Source: an uncultured Candidatus Rokubacteria bacterium (GTDB lineage Bacteria; Methylomirabilota; Methylomirabilia; Rokubacteriales; CSP1-6). From it: a stretch of 64,000 nucleotides of DNA. Below the pieces are notes generated by a model. The model was given only the letters and a program-made list of their open reading frames with translations, searched no databases and had not been told where the DNA came from. Both the position numbers and the translations under genes were made by a program. Where the stretch lies: NCBI GenBank assembly GCA_963771355.1, contig CAVYTA010000007.1, positions 224,001-288,000 on the forward strand. The letters run 5' to 3'. Shown one piece after another: positions 32,004 through 42,847 of the stretch; position 1 is the first letter of the stretch; each line of letters begins with the position of its first letter.

Positions 32004-32678
32004 TCAGCGGAGCAGCGCGCGCAGGGCGGTGAGGGCTTCCCCGGCAAGGCCGGCCACGCGGGCCCGGCCCCGCGCGCCCGCGGCGAGATCGTGGGCCGCG
32101 CCCTCGGCCACCACCAGCGCGGTCGGGGCGGACAGGCTCTGCCGCGCCGTCTCCAGCTCGGGCACCGTGGCAAAGGGATCGCGCGTGCCCTGGACGAACA
32201 CCACCGGGATGGTCAGCGCGGGAAAATGCGCGGTGCGGAGCTCGCGCGGCCGCTCCGGCGGGTGCAGCGGATAGGAGAGGAGCAGCAGCGCGTCGGCGAG
32301 CCCGGGCGCCTCCGCCGCGAGCATGGAGGCCTGGCGGCCGCCGTAGGAGTGGCCGCCCAGCACGAGGCGTCCGGGGGCGAAGGCGCGAAGCGCGGTCACG
32401 GCATTCCGCAGTCCCGCGCGGTCGCGCTCGGCCCGCCCGCGCGGGGGCGGCCCGGTAGCCCGCTCCTGGCGAAAGGCCAGATCGCAGCGCAGCACCGTCC
32501 AGCCCGCGTCGGTGAAGGCGGCCGCCATCTCGACGAGCACCGGCGCCTCGGCATTGCCACCGGCGCCGTGGGCGAGCACGAGGCCGTCGCCGTGGGCATC
32601 GGCCGGGCGATGCAGCCAGCCCCGCACCGGCGGACCGGGCAGGCAATGGTCGTCGAAGCGCGTGACGGAGGGCGGCAC
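32004..32678 (-). CDS. Alpha/beta hydrolase (KANL3/Tex30-like)
   Basis: [31 protein letters not shown]; start uncertain. Confidence 0.87.
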   Translation of the reverse strand: MPPSVTRFDDHCLPGPPVRGWLHRPADAHGDGLVLAHGAGGNAEAPVLVEMAAAFTDAGWTVLRCDLAFRQERATGPPPRGRAERDRAGLRNAVTALRAFAPGRLVLGGHSYGGRQASMLAAEAPGLADALLLLSYPLHPPERPRELRTAHFPALTIPVVFVQGTRDPFATVPELETARQSLSAPTALVVAEGAAHDLAAGARGRARVAGLAGEALTALRALLR

Positions 32679-32760
32679 GGGCCCCGATCTTGCCCCCACC
32701 CGGCGAGTCAGGCAAGATGGTCGAGCAGAGACGTCAATACGGTTCGATGAGGAGATCCCC

Positions 32761-33945
32761 ATGGCAGACGCCGTCATCGTCTCGACCGCACGCACCCCGA
32801 TCGGCCGCGCCTATCGCGGCGCGTTCAACAATACCCACGGCGCCACCCTCGCCGGCCACGTCATCGCCAGCGCCGTCCAGCGTGCGGGCATCGAGCCCGG
32901 CGAGGTGGAGGACGTGATCCTCGGCTGCGCGCTGCCCGAGGGCGCCACCGGGCAGAACATCGCCCGCCAGGCCGCGCTGCGCGCCGGCCTGCCGGTGACC
33001 ACGGGCGGCGTGACGGTGAACCGCTTCTGCTCCTCCGGCATGCAGGCCATCGCCATGGCCGCCCAGCGCGTCATCGTGGACCGGGTGCCCATCATGGCCG
33101 CCGGCGGCGTGGAGTCCATCAGCCTCGTGCAGAACGAGCACTTCAACAATTTCCGCATCCACGAGCCCTGGCTGGACGAGCACAAGCCCGAGGTCTACAT
33201 GCCCATGATCGAGACCGCGGAGGTGGTGGCCAAGCGCTACTACGTCACCCGCGAGGTCCAGGACGAGTACGCGCTGGCGAGCCAGCAGCGGACGGCGGCC
33301 GGGCAGAAGTCCGGGCGATTCGCCGCCGAGATCGTCCCGCTCACCACGAAGAAGATCGTGCAGGACAAGACCACCGGGGAGACGCGCGAGGAGGAAGTGA
33401 CGCTCGCCCAGGACGAGGGCAATCGCCCCGACACCACCCTGGCCGGGCTCGCCGCCCTCAAGCCGGTGATGGGCGAGAAGGGCTTCATCACCGCGGGCAA
33501 CGCCAGCCAGCTCTCCGACGGCGCCTCCGCCTGCATCGTGATGGACGCCCGCCTCGCCGAGCAGCGGAATCTCAAGCCGCTCGGCATCTTCCGCGGCTAC
33601 ACGGTGGCCGCCTGCGAGCCCGACGAGATGGGCATCGGCCCGGTATTCGCGGTGCCGCGCCTCCTCGAGCGCTTCGGCCTCAAGATGGACCAGATCGACC
33701 TCTGGGAGCTGAACGAGGCCTTCGCGGTGCAGGTGGTGTACTGCCGCGACCGCCTGGGCATCCCGATGGACCGGCTCAACGTGGACGGCGGCGCCATCTC
33801 CATCGGCCATCCTTATGGAATGTCGGGCTCGCGCATGGTCGGCCACGCCCTCATCGAGGGCAAGCGGCGCGGCGCGAAGTACGTCGTCTGCACCATGTGC
33901 ATCGGCGGCGGGATGGGGGCGGCGGGGCTCTTCGAGGTCGCCTGA
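32761..33945 (+). CDS. Acetyl-CoA C-acyltransferase (thiolase)
   Basis: NRFCSSG, NEAFA, GHPYG, CIGGGMG. Confidence 0.95.
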   Translation: MADAVIVSTARTPIGRAYRGAFNNTHGATLAGHVIASAVQRAGIEPGEVEDVILGCALPEGATGQNIARQAALRAGLPVTTGGVTVNRFCSSGMQAIAMAAQRVIVDRVPIMAAGGVESISLVQNEHFNNFRIHEPWLDEHKPEVYMPMIETAEVVAKRYYVTREVQDEYALASQQRTAAGQKSGRFAAEIVPLTTKKIVQDKTTGETREEEVTLAQDEGNRPDTTLAGLAALKPVMGEKGFITAGNASQLSDGASACIVMDARLAEQRNLKPLGIFRGYTVAACEPDEMGIGPVFAVPRLLERFGLKMDQIDLWELNEAFAVQVVYCRDRLGIPMDRLNVDGGAISIGHPYGMSGSRMVGHALIEGKRRGAKYVVCTMCIGGGMGAAGLFEVA

Positions 33946-35033
33946 TGCACGTCGGCCTCGCGGCGGTATTCCAGAACCCCGGCCGGGCGCGCACCGACTT
34001 CGAGGTCTACCAGGGGGAGCTGCGTCTGGCCGACCTCGCCGAGCCTCTGGGCTTCGAGTCGGTGTGGGGGGTGGAGCACCACTTCACCGACTACACCATG
34101 TGCCCGGACGTCCTGCAGTTCCTCACCTACATGGCGGGGCGGACCGAGCGCATCCAGCTCGGCTCCATGGTGGTGGTGCTGCCCTGGCACGACCCCATGC
34201 GGGTGGCGGAGGAGATCGCCATGCTCGACAACATCTCGGGCGGGCGTCTCATCCTGGGGCTCGGCCGGGGCGCGGGCAAGGTGGAGTTCGACGGCTTTCG
34301 GCAGTCGATGGACGAGTCGCGTCCGCGCTTCGTGGAGAGCGCCCAGATGCTGCTGCGCGGGCTGGAGACGGGCTTCTGCGAATACGACGGCACCTACGTG
34401 CAGCAGCCGCGCGCGGCCATCCGGCCCGCGCCCTTCAAGTCGTTCCGCGGCCGCACCTATGCGGCGGCGGTGTCGCCGGAGTCGGCGCGCATCATGGCCG
34501 AGCTGGGGGTGGGCATCCTGATCATCCCCCAGAAGCCCTGGGCGGAAGTGGCCCGCGAGCTGGACGACTACCGCGCGCTCTACCGAGGGGTCAACGGCGT
34601 GGAGGCGCCGCCGCCCATCTCCGCGGGCTGGACCTTCTGCGACGAGAGCGCGGACCGGGCCCGCGAGCTGGCGCGCCGGTACATCGGCGGCTATTTCCAG
34701 TCGGTGCTCGCGCACTACCGGTTCGGCGACGACCACCTCGTCAAGACCAAGGGCTACGAGTACTACGGCAAGATGACCGAGAAGATCCACACCTACGGGG
34801 AGGACACCGTGGTGGACTTCTTCGTGAACCTCCAGGTGTGGGGCACGCCGGAGCAGTGCTACGAGAAGATCCTCGACATCCGGCGGCGCACCGGCAACAC
34901 GCACTTCGTGGGCGTCTTCTCCTATGCCGGCATGCCGTGGGCGGAGGCGGAGCGCAACATGCGCCTGTTCGCGCGAGACGTCATGCCCGCGCTGCAGAAG
35001 CTCGAGCAGCCGACGGAGCCGGCGGCGCGATGA
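33945..35033 (+). CDS. LLM-class flavin-dependent monooxygenase
   Basis: WGVEHHF, VLPWHDP.RVAEE..LDNISGGR; TGATG coupling. Confidence 0.92.
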   Translation: MHVGLAAVFQNPGRARTDFEVYQGELRLADLAEPLGFESVWGVEHHFTDYTMCPDVLQFLTYMAGRTERIQLGSMVVVLPWHDPMRVAEEIAMLDNISGGRLILGLGRGAGKVEFDGFRQSMDESRPRFVESAQMLLRGLETGFCEYDGTYVQQPRAAIRPAPFKSFRGRTYAAAVSPESARIMAELGVGILIIPQKPWAEVARELDDYRALYRGVNGVEAPPPISAGWTFCDESADRARELARRYIGGYFQSVLAHYRFGDDHLVKTKGYEYYGKMTEKIHTYGEDTVVDFFVNLQVWGTPEQCYEKILDIRRRTGNTHFVGVFSYAGMPWAEAERNMRLFARDVMPALQKLEQPTEPAAR

Positions 35034-36628
35034 GCGCGACCGTCACCCCCGCCGCCCTCGGCACCCTGATGAGCGGGACGGTGCCCCATGCCGTGCTCGA
35101 CCTGCGCGAGCGCGCCGCCTACGAGCGGGGCCACATCTACTGGACCACGTCCCTGCCGCGGCGCCTCCTGGAGACGCGCCTGCCCTCCCTGGTGACGGCC
35201 CCCTCCACGCCCATCGTCCTGATCGACGAGGACGGGAGCCTCTCCGAGCTCGCCCGGCCCACGCTGGCGGCCATGGGCTACACCGACGTCCGCGTCCTCG
35301 CCGGCGGTCTGAGCGCCTGGCGGGCGGGGGATCGGCCCACCGTGCAGGGCCTCAACGTGCCGAGCAAGGTGTTCGGGGAGCGCGCGCTGCACGAGTTCAA
35401 GACCCCGCAGGTGTCCTGCCCGGAGCTCGCCAAGCGGCTCGCCAGCGGCCACGACATGGTGATCGTGGACTCGCGCACGCCCGAGGAGTATCACCGCGGC
35501 TGCATCCCCGGCGCCTGGAGCATGCCCGGGGGCGAGCTGGTGCTGCGCATCGGCGAGGTGGTGGCGCGGCCCGACCAGACCATCGTGGTCCACTGCGGCG
35601 GGCGCACGCGCTCCTATATCGGAGCGGAGTCGCTGCGCCGCATGGGCCTGCCCAACCCCATCATCGCGCTCGAGAACGGGACGATGGGATGGCAGCTGGC
35701 GGGGCTGGAGCTCGAGCGGGGCGCCGAGCGCTGGGCGCCGGCTCCCTCCCCGCGCGGCCGGGCGGTGGCCGCCGAGGTAGCGGGCCGAGTGGCCAGGAGC
35801 GACGGCCTTCGCGGGGTGACGGCAGACGAGCTCAAGGACATGCAGGCGCGCCGCGCGGACGAGAACCTTTACGTCTTCGACGTGCGCACTACCGAGGAGT
35901 ACGCGGCGGGACATCCCGCGGGGGCGGTGTGGGCGCCCGGCGGCCAGGCGGTGCAGGCCATCGACGACTACCTCGCGGTGCGTGGCGCCCAGATCGTCTT
36001 CGTCTGCGACGATGGCAGCCGGGCCGCGCTGACCGCGGCATGGTACGGGCGCCTGGGCTTCCGCAAGGTCGCCTACCTCGAGGGCGGGCTTCCCGCGTGG
36101 CAGGCGGCGGGCGGCGCCCTCGAGGCGGGCCATCCCGTCCCTGCGACCTGGGGGCTGGAGGCCGCGTGGGCCGGCGTGGCGACGGTAGCGCCCGGCGCGC
36201 TGGGCGCTGCCCTCGTGCTCAGCGTTGATCCCAGCGACGTCTATCTCCGCGCGCACGTGCCCGGGGCGGCCTGGCTCTGCCGGAGCCGCCTCGAGACGCG
36301 CATCGGCGCCGTGGCCCCGAACCGGGCCCGGGCGCTGGTGCTGACCTGCGCCGACGGCGCGCAGTCCACCCTCGCCGCCGCCACGCTCGCGCGCCTCGGA
36401 TACTCGTCGGTCCGCGTCCTCGCGGGCGGGGTGCGCGCCTGGCAGGCGGCGGGGCAGCCGGTGGAGGCGGGTCCGACCCGGCTCCTCGACGAGGCGGACG
36501 ACGTGGTGCTCAAGCCCTACGAGCGCGGCCGCGCGGCCATGGAGGCCTATCTCCGCTGGGAGGAGGCACTCGACCTCGAGGGCCGGAGCCCGCACGCGTT
36601 GCTCCCCGACGCGCGCGCGCGGCGATGA
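35030..36628 (+). CDS. Four-domain rhodanese-related sulfurtransferase
   Basis: Four rhodanese repeats; NVPSKVFGE; active loop HCGGRTRS; ATGA coupling. Confidence 0.9.
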   Translation: MSATVTPAALGTLMSGTVPHAVLDLRERAAYERGHIYWTTSLPRRLLETRLPSLVTAPSTPIVLIDEDGSLSELARPTLAAMGYTDVRVLAGGLSAWRAGDRPTVQGLNVPSKVFGERALHEFKTPQVSCPELAKRLASGHDMVIVDSRTPEEYHRGCIPGAWSMPGGELVLRIGEVVARPDQTIVVHCGGRTRSYIGAESLRRMGLPNPIIALENGTMGWQLAGLELERGAERWAPAPSPRGRAVAAEVAGRVARSDGLRGVTADELKDMQARRADENLYVFDVRTTEEYAAGHPAGAVWAPGGQAVQAIDDYLAVRGAQIVFVCDDGSRAALTAAWYGRLGFRKVAYLEGGLPAWQAAGGALEAGHPVPATWGLEAAWAGVATVAPGALGAALVLSVDPSDVYLRAHVPGAAWLCRSRLETRIGAVAPNRARALVLTCADGAQSTLAAATLARLGYSSVRVLAGGVRAWQAAGQPVEAGPTRLLDEADDVVLKPYERGRAAMEAYLRWEEALDLEGRSPHALLPDARARR

Positions 36629-37473
36629 GCCCGGAGGCGCTTCCGCTCACCGTGAGCACGGAGTGGCTCGCCGCCCACCTGGGCGAGCCCGACCTGCGCG
36701 TGGTCGACGGGACGAATTATCTCCCGCATCTCAAGCGCGACGCCCACGCCGAGTACCGGCAGGCGCATATTCCCGGCGCCGTCTTCTTCGCCGTGGACGA
36801 GATCGCCGACACCTCGTCGCCGCTGCCCCACATGCTGCCCTCGCCGGAGGACTTCGCCAAGGCCATCGGCGCCCTCGGCATCGGCGACGGCGATCGCGTG
36901 GTGGCCTATGGCGGCAAGGGCATGATCGCCTCCGCGCGGGTGTGGTGGACCTTCCGCGTGTTCGGCTTCGAGCGCGTGAGCATCCTCGACGGCGGGCTGC
37001 CCAAGTGGCGCGCGGAGGGCCGCCCGCTCGAGGCGGGCGAGACGACGCCCGCCCCGCGCCGCTTCACCGCGCGCTTCCGGCCCGAGCTGGTGCGCGACCT
37101 CACCCAGTTGCGCGACAACCTCGAGCGTCCGCGCGAGCAGGTCGTGGACGCGCGCTCGCGCGGCCGATTCGCCGGCACCGAGGCCGAGCCGCGCGCCGGG
37201 CTGCGCGCGGGCCATATTCCCGCCAGTCGCAATCTTCCCTACGCGGAGCTCTTCGCCAAGGACGACACCCTGCTGCCGCCGGACGTGCTGCGGCACGCCT
37301 TCGAGGGCGAGGGGATCGACCTGGCCCGGCCCATCACCGCCACCTGCGGCTCCGGGGTCAGCGCCTGCGTGCTGGCGCTGGGCCTGGCCACGTTGGGTCG
37401 CCGGGACGTGGCCGTCTACGATGGCTCGTGGGCCGAGTGGGGCGGGCGCGCCGACACCCCGATCGAGAAGTAG
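36625..37473 (+). CDS. sseA: 3-mercaptopyruvate sulfurtransferase
   Basis: HIPGA, PHMLP, DARS..RF, CGSGVSA, YDGSWAEW. Confidence 0.92.
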   Translation: MSPEALPLTVSTEWLAAHLGEPDLRVVDGTNYLPHLKRDAHAEYRQAHIPGAVFFAVDEIADTSSPLPHMLPSPEDFAKAIGALGIGDGDRVVAYGGKGMIASARVWWTFRVFGFERVSILDGGLPKWRAEGRPLEAGETTPAPRRFTARFRPELVRDLTQLRDNLERPREQVVDARSRGRFAGTEAEPRAGLRAGHIPASRNLPYAELFAKDDTLLPPDVLRHAFEGEGIDLARPITATCGSGVSACVLALGLATLGRRDVAVYDGSWAEWGGRADTPIEK

Positions 37474-37513
37474 CCGCCCGCGCCGGGCCGATCTCGCGTC
37501 GCGCCCCGGCGAG

Positions 37514-39094
37514 TCAGTTGATACGTTTCGTCCGGCCGCCCCACTCCCGGTCGCGCAGCACGAACTTCTGGATCTTCCCGGTGGAGGTCTTGGGGAGATC
37601 GCCGAACTCCACCGCCGCGGGCGCCTTGAAGTGGGCGATGTGCTGCTTGCAGAACTCGATGATCTCGGCCTCGGTGGCGGCGCCGCCGGGCTTGAGGGTC
37701 ACGAAGGCCTTGGGCCGCTCGCCCCATTTTTCATCCGGGATGGCCACCACCGCGCACTCCATCACCGCGGGATGGCGCGCCACCGTCTGCTCCACCTCGA
37801 TGGTGGAGATGTTCTCGCCGCCCGAGATGATGATGTCCTTCTTCCGGTCGCGCAGCTCGATGTAGCCGTTGGGGTGCCAGACCCCGATATCCCCGGAGTG
37901 GAACCAGCCGCCGCGGAAGGACTCCGCGGTCGCCTCCGGATTGTCGAAGTAGCCCTTGGCCACGTTGTTGCCGACCATGATGACCTCGCCGAGCGTCTGG
38001 CCGTCGCGGGGGACGTCGCCCATCTGCTCGTCCACCACGCGCACGAGGTCGAAGATCGCATAGCCCTGGCCCTGCCGCGCGGCGAGGCCGGCCTGCTCAT
38101 CGGGCGGCAGCTGGTCCCACTCCGGATGCCACTCGCAGACGGTGTGGGGCCCGTAGGTCTCGGTGAGGCCGTAGACGTGCACGGGGCGGAGGTTGAGCTC
38201 CTTGAGCTTGGCCAACAAGGTGGGGGAGGGGGGCGCGCCCGCCACCGTCACCGTCACCGGGCGCGCGAGCCGGTGCGCGGACGGATGATTGACCACCCCG
38301 ATCTGCACGGTGGGGGCGCCGTTGTAGTGGGTCACGCTTTCGGACTCGAGCAGCTCCCAGATCCGGCCCGCCTCCACGCGCCGCAGGCAGATATGGGTGC
38401 CGCCCACCGTGGTGACGCCCCAGGTGAAGCACCAGCCATTGCAGTGAAACATGGGCAGCGTCCAGAGATAGCGGGTATCGAAGCTCATGCCGGACTCGAT
38501 CACCTCGCCCACCGCGTTCACCCAGGCACCGCGGTGGCTGTACATCACCCCCTTGGGCCGTCCGGTGGTGCCCGAGGTGTAGTTGATCGAGATGGTCTCT
38601 TCCTCGTCCTCCAGCCAGCTCTCGACGGGCGCGGGGGAGCCGGTGGCGAGGAAGTCCTCGTAGGGATCGCCCGGCGCGCCGGTGTCGTCCACCCGCACCA
38701 CCCGCAGCCCGGTGAGGTCCAGCGGCTTCACCACCGATTCGAACTCGGCGTCCACGAAGAGGAACTTCGAGCCGGAGTGCTTGAGGATATAGCCGATCTC
38801 GTCGGTGGACAGCCGGATGTTGATCGCGACCAGGATGCCGCCGGCCGCGGGCACGCCGTAGTGCGCCTCCAGCATCGCCGGGATATTGGGGCAGAGAAAC
38901 GCCACGCGATCGTGCTTGGCCAGGCCCGCCGCGCGGAGCGCCGAGGCGAGACGGTGCACCCGCTCCTGATGCTGGCGGTAGCTGTAGCGCCGAGCCCCGT
39001 GGATGACGGCGACCTTGTCCGGGAAGACATAGGCGCTCCGCTCGAGGAAGCTCAGCGGGGTGAGCTCGGTGCGGTAGACGTTCTTGCGCTTCAT
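37514..39094 (-). CDS. Acyl-CoA synthetase (AMP-binding)
   Basis: YTSGTTGRPKG, YGLTE, WFHSGD, PKTSTGK. Confidence 0.95.
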   Translation of the reverse strand: MKRKNVYRTELTPLSFLERSAYVFPDKVAVIHGARRYSYRQHQERVHRLASALRAAGLAKHDRVAFLCPNIPAMLEAHYGVPAAGGILVAINIRLSTDEIGYILKHSGSKFLFVDAEFESVVKPLDLTGLRVVRVDDTGAPGDPYEDFLATGSPAPVESWLEDEEETISINYTSGTTGRPKGVMYSHRGAWVNAVGEVIESGMSFDTRYLWTLPMFHCNGWCFTWGVTTVGGTHICLRRVEAGRIWELLESESVTHYNGAPTVQIGVVNHPSAHRLARPVTVTVAGAPPSPTLLAKLKELNLRPVHVYGLTETYGPHTVCEWHPEWDQLPPDEQAGLAARQGQGYAIFDLVRVVDEQMGDVPRDGQTLGEVIMVGNNVAKGYFDNPEATAESFRGGWFHSGDIGVWHPNGYIELRDRKKDIIISGGENISTIEVEQTVARHPAVMECAVVAIPDEKWGERPKAFVTLKPGGAATEAEIIEFCKQHIAHFKAPAAVEFGDLPKTSTGKIQKFVLRDREWGGRTKRIN

Positions 39095-39202
39095 GTCGAG
39101 GCCTCCACGATGGGGACGAGATGGCGGGCACGCGCCCGACCAAGTCTACCGAGCGCGGGCGACCTTTGCCAGCGCCTTGGCGGCGCGTGCTACCGTGCGC
39201 GG

Positions 39203-39925
39203 GTGAGCCTGGACTGGATCGCCGCCGCCGGCATCGTCGCGGCGGCCAGCTTCGTCCAGGGGCTGGCCGGCTTCGGCATCGGGCTGGTGGCCCTTGCCTT
39301 CCTGCCCTTTCTCATCTCGCCGACCGACGCCGTCGTCCTGACGACCCTCTACGCCACCGTGTTCTGCGCGGTGATCTTCGTCCCGCTGCGGCGCGATTTC
39401 CTGGTGGAGGGCGTCGACATGTTGCTGGTCGGAAGCGTTCTCGGGACACCGCTAGGGGTCTGGGTGCTGACGCGCGTGTCCGCGTCCCAGCTCGCGCGGC
39501 TCATCGGCGCCGTCCTCGTCCTGATCGTGGCGCTCGAGTGGAGCGGTCTCAACCCCCGGCAGCTGCCGGGTCGCGCGTGGGGCCTCGCGGCCGGCCTGCT
39601 CTCGGGCGTGGTGGGCGGCGCGGTGGGCACACCGGGTCCGCCCGCCCTCCTCTACATGGCCGCCCAGGGCTGGAGCCCGCGGACCATCAAGGCCAATCTC
39701 CAGGCCTTCCTGGTGATGAACCAGCTGGTCATCCTCATCGGTTACTGGTGGGCGGGCCTCCTCACGCGCGAGGTGTGGCGGTTCGCCGCCGTTTTCGCGG
39801 TGCCCGCGGCGATCGGGCTCCTCGCCGGCATGAGTGTCTTCGATCACGTCGACCCGCCGCGCTTCCGCCGCATCGTCTTCGGTATCCTGCTCGCCTCGGG
39901 CGTGGTGCTCCTCGTGCGCGGCTAA
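39203..39925 (+). CDS. Sulfite exporter TauE/SafE family
   Basis: VQGLAGFGIG, GTPGPP, about 8 TM. Confidence 0.88.
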   Translation: MSLDWIAAAGIVAAASFVQGLAGFGIGLVALAFLPFLISPTDAVVLTTLYATVFCAVIFVPLRRDFLVEGVDMLLVGSVLGTPLGVWVLTRVSASQLARLIGAVLVLIVALEWSGLNPRQLPGRAWGLAAGLLSGVVGGAVGTPGPPALLYMAAQGWSPRTIKANLQAFLVMNQLVILIGYWWAGLLTREVWRFAAVFAVPAAIGLLAGMSVFDHVDPPRFRRIVFGILLASGVVLLVRG

Positions 39926-40005
39926 CGGCGGGGGGTGACTCTACCGTCTGGACACGGCGCGCCGCTTGGCCTAACGTGGCGGCGCGTGTGAAGGGGGGAG
40001 GCGCC

Positions 40006-40779
40006 ATGGAGCGGCGGTTCGTGGACAAGGTGGTGGTCGTCACGGGAGCGGCGGGGGGCATCGGTCGCGCGGCGGCGACCCGCCTCGGTGCCGAGGGGGC
40101 GCGGCTCGTCCTGGTGGACGTCAACGCGGGCGGCCTCGCCGAGACCATGGCCGCGGTGGAGCGCGCCGGCGGCCGGGCGCTGGTGGTGGAGGCCGACGTC
40201 ACGCGCCTCGCCGAGGTGCAGCGCTACGTGGCGGCGTCGGTCGAGCGCTGGGGCGGCATCGACGGCTTCTTCAACAACGCGGGCATCCTGGGCGTGGTGA
40301 GCCCCCTGGTGGACTATCCGGAGACCACCTTCGACCGGGTCATCGCGGTGAACGTGAAGAGCGTCTGGCTCGGGCTCAAGGTGGTGGCCCCGACCATGAT
40401 CGCGCGGGGGGGCGGCGTGATCGTCAATACCGCGTCCATCGCCGGGCTGCGCGGCTCCCCGAACCTCGTGGCCTATACCGCCAGCAAGCACGCGGTGATC
40501 GGGCTCACCCGTACCGCGGCCATCGAGCTGGCCCGGCAGGGCGTGCGGGTGAACGCGGTGTGCCCGGCCCCCATCGAGACGGCGATGACGGACGCGCTGG
40601 AGGGCGGCTTCAATCCGAAAGATCCGCGGGCCGCCCACGACCGTCTCGCCGCCACCATCCCCATGCGCCGCTATGGCAAGCCCGACGAGGTGGCGGCGCT
40701 GGTGGCTTTTCTCATGAGCCCGGAGGCGTCCTACATCAACGGCGGCATCTACACGGTCGACGGCGGGGCGATGTCCTAG
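40006..40779 (+). CDS. SDR-family oxidoreductase
   Basis: TGAAGGIG, NNAG, YTASK. Confidence 0.94.
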   Translation: MERRFVDKVVVVTGAAGGIGRAAATRLGAEGARLVLVDVNAGGLAETMAAVERAGGRALVVEADVTRLAEVQRYVAASVERWGGIDGFFNNAGILGVVSPLVDYPETTFDRVIAVNVKSVWLGLKVVAPTMIARGGGVIVNTASIAGLRGSPNLVAYTASKHAVIGLTRTAAIELARQGVRVNAVCPAPIETAMTDALEGGFNPKDPRAAHDRLAATIPMRRYGKPDEVAALVAFLMSPEASYINGGIYTVDGGAMS

Positions 40780-40807
40780 TGGATGGCCGGGCGACGAGAG
40801 GGAGGTC

Positions 40808-41392
40808 GTGATGCGGATCGGGATCCTGCTCTTCGAGGGCGCGGAAGAGCTCGACTGGGCCGGGCCCTGGGAGGTGCTGGCCGCGTGGGCGCACCAGCAT
40901 CAGGACGGCGTCGAGGTCTTCACGATCGCGCAGACGACCGCCCCGGTGACCTGCGCGAAAGGCCTCCGCGTGCTCCCGGACAAGACCGTCGCTGAAGCGG
41001 GCGCGCTCGACGTCGTGATCGTGCCGGGTGGTCGCGGCACCCGCGCGCTGATCGAGGACAAGGTGACGCATGACTGGCTTCATGGCCTCGCCGCGCGCGG
41101 CACGCTGGTCACCAGCGTGTGCACGGGCTCGCTGGTGCTCGCCGGCGCCGGGCTGCTCCGGAACCGTCCGGCGACGACGTGGTGGGGTGCCCTCGACCGG
41201 CTGCGCGAGCTCGACGGGACGATCGAGGTGCGACCCAACGCGCGCTTCGTCGACAGTGGCGCGGTGGTCACCGCGGCCGGGGTGTCGGCCGGCATCGACA
41301 TGGCCCTGCACCTGGTCGCGCGCCTGCACTCCGTGGAGCGCGCCCGCGAGGTGCGCCGCTACATCCAGTACGATCCCGAGCCGCCGGTCTAG
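40808..41392 (+). CDS. DJ-1/PfpI family protein (isonitrile hydratase-like)
   Basis: EELD..GP.EV, VPGG, SVCTG, AGVSAGID. Confidence 0.9.
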   Translation: MMRIGILLFEGAEELDWAGPWEVLAAWAHQHQDGVEVFTIAQTTAPVTCAKGLRVLPDKTVAEAGALDVVIVPGGRGTRALIEDKVTHDWLHGLAARGTLVTSVCTGSLVLAGAGLLRNRPATTWWGALDRLRELDGTIEVRPNARFVDSGAVVTAAGVSAGIDMALHLVARLHSVERAREVRRYIQYDPEPPV

Positions 41393-42844
41393 CTAGCGCG
41401 GCAGGCGCGGAGGCTCGGCGCAGGTGCGCTCGACGTCCTCCACCGTCTTGGGGGTGCCCGCGGTGAGGACGTCGTTGCCGGCGGCGGTGACGAGCACGTC
41501 GTCCTCGATGCGGATGCCGATGCCGCGGTACTCGGGCGGAATCGGATGGACGATCTTTTCCGCGCGCGCCTTCTCCTCCTCCTCGATCTTCTTTGCCGCG
41601 GCCATGCCCAGCCGGAAGCGGCGCTCCCACATCTCTTCCTCGCTGTACTCGCGGAGGTGGAACGTCGCCGACTCCCGCTCGGGATCGACGTAGAGACCCG
41701 GCTCCACCGTGAGCACCATGCCGGGCTCCAGAGGCCGCGACTGGCGGCCGAGCTTGTAGTCGCCCACGTCGTGCACGTCCATGCCGAGCCAGTGGCCGGT
41801 GCCGTGCATGTAGAACTCGCGATAGTGGTGCATGGCCAGCGACTCCTCGAGGCCCCGGGGCAAGAGGCCGAGGGCCACCAGCCCTTCGGTGAGCACGCGC
41901 CGGGCCGCGTCATGCACCGCCTCGTAGCGGGCGCCGGGCCGCGCCGCCGCGATTCCCGCCAGCTGGGCGCGCAGCACCACCTCGTACATGCGACGCTGGG
42001 GGGTGGTGAAGCGGCCGTTCACGGGGAAGGTCCGGGTGATGTCGGCGGCGTGATAGCCCCACTCGCAGCCCGCGTCGATGAGGAGGAGGTCACCGTCCTC
42101 CATCCGTCGCCGGTTCTCGTTGTAGTGGAGGATGCAGGCGTTGGGCCCGGAGGCCACGATGGAGGGATAGGCATTGCGCGGGGAGCCGCCCTTGCGGAAG
42201 ACGAACTCCAGCGCCGCCTGCACCTCGTACTCGTACTGGCCCGGCTGCGCGAAGCGCATGGCCTCGACGTGAGCGTCGCGGCTGATCTCGCAGGCGCGAC
42301 GCTGGCGGGCCAGCTCCTCGGGGGCGCGGCGCAGGCGCAGCTCGTGGAGGATGGGCCCCGGGTCCTCGATGCGCACGGGGGCGGTGAAGCCGCGCACCCG
42401 GATCCCGCGCATCTCCGACACCAGGCGCGTGACGCGGGCGTCGTAGTGGGGATTGCCCAGCCGGTACACGAGGCTGGCGCGGTCGATCGCGTACTCCCGG
42501 AGCCGTGCGTCCAGCTCGTCGATGGTGTAGGCGGCATCGGCGCCGTAGGCGGCGATGGCCCCCTCCACCCCGGCCCGGCGCCCGGTCCAGATCTCCTGCT
42601 CCCGGTCGCGCGGCCGCACGAAGAGGACGAAGCGCTCCTTGGCGTGGGAAGGATTGAAGACCGCCACCGCGTCGGGCTCGTCGAAGCCGGTGAGGAAGTA
42701 GAAGTCGGAGTCCTGTCGGAACTCGAAGTCGGTATCGGCGTTGCGGGCCGCCTCGCGGGCGCCGGGGATGATGGCGAGCGCATCGCCCACCGCCTCCGCG
42801 AAGCGACGCCGGCGCTCGAGGAAGGGGACCAGGTCGGCGGCCAT
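41393..42844 (-). CDS. pepP: Xaa-Pro aminopeptidase
   Basis: FRQDSDFYFLTG, LLIDAG, ADITRT, HWLGMDVHD, TVEPG, GIRIEDD. Confidence 0.93.
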   Translation of the reverse strand: MAADLVPFLERRRRFAEAVGDALAIIPGAREAARNADTDFEFRQDSDFYFLTGFDEPDAVAVFNPSHAKERFVLFVRPRDREQEIWTGRRAGVEGAIAAYGADAAYTIDELDARLREYAIDRASLVYRLGNPHYDARVTRLVSEMRGIRVRGFTAPVRIEDPGPILHELRLRRAPEELARQRRACEISRDAHVEAMRFAQPGQYEYEVQAALEFVFRKGGSPRNAYPSIVASGPNACILHYNENRRRMEDGDLLLIDAGCEWGYHAADITRTFPVNGRFTTPQRRMYEVVLRAQLAGIAAARPGARYEAVHDAARRVLTEGLVALGLLPRGLEESLAMHHYREFYMHGTGHWLGMDVHDVGDYKLGRQSRPLEPGMVLTVEPGLYVDPERESATFHLREYSEEEMWERRFRLGMAAAKKIEEEEKARAEKIVHPIPPEYRGIGIRIEDDVLVTAAGNDVLTAGTPKTVEDVERTCAEPPRLPR

Positions 42845-42847
42845 GAC

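Noticed and set aside
33815..36628. 937-aa ORF and similar N-terminally extended ORFs (19950, 37421, 39121, 45499, 60229, and 15536-17812)
   Set aside because: The extensions are off-frame or antisense read-through of neighbouring genes in stop-poor high-GC DNA
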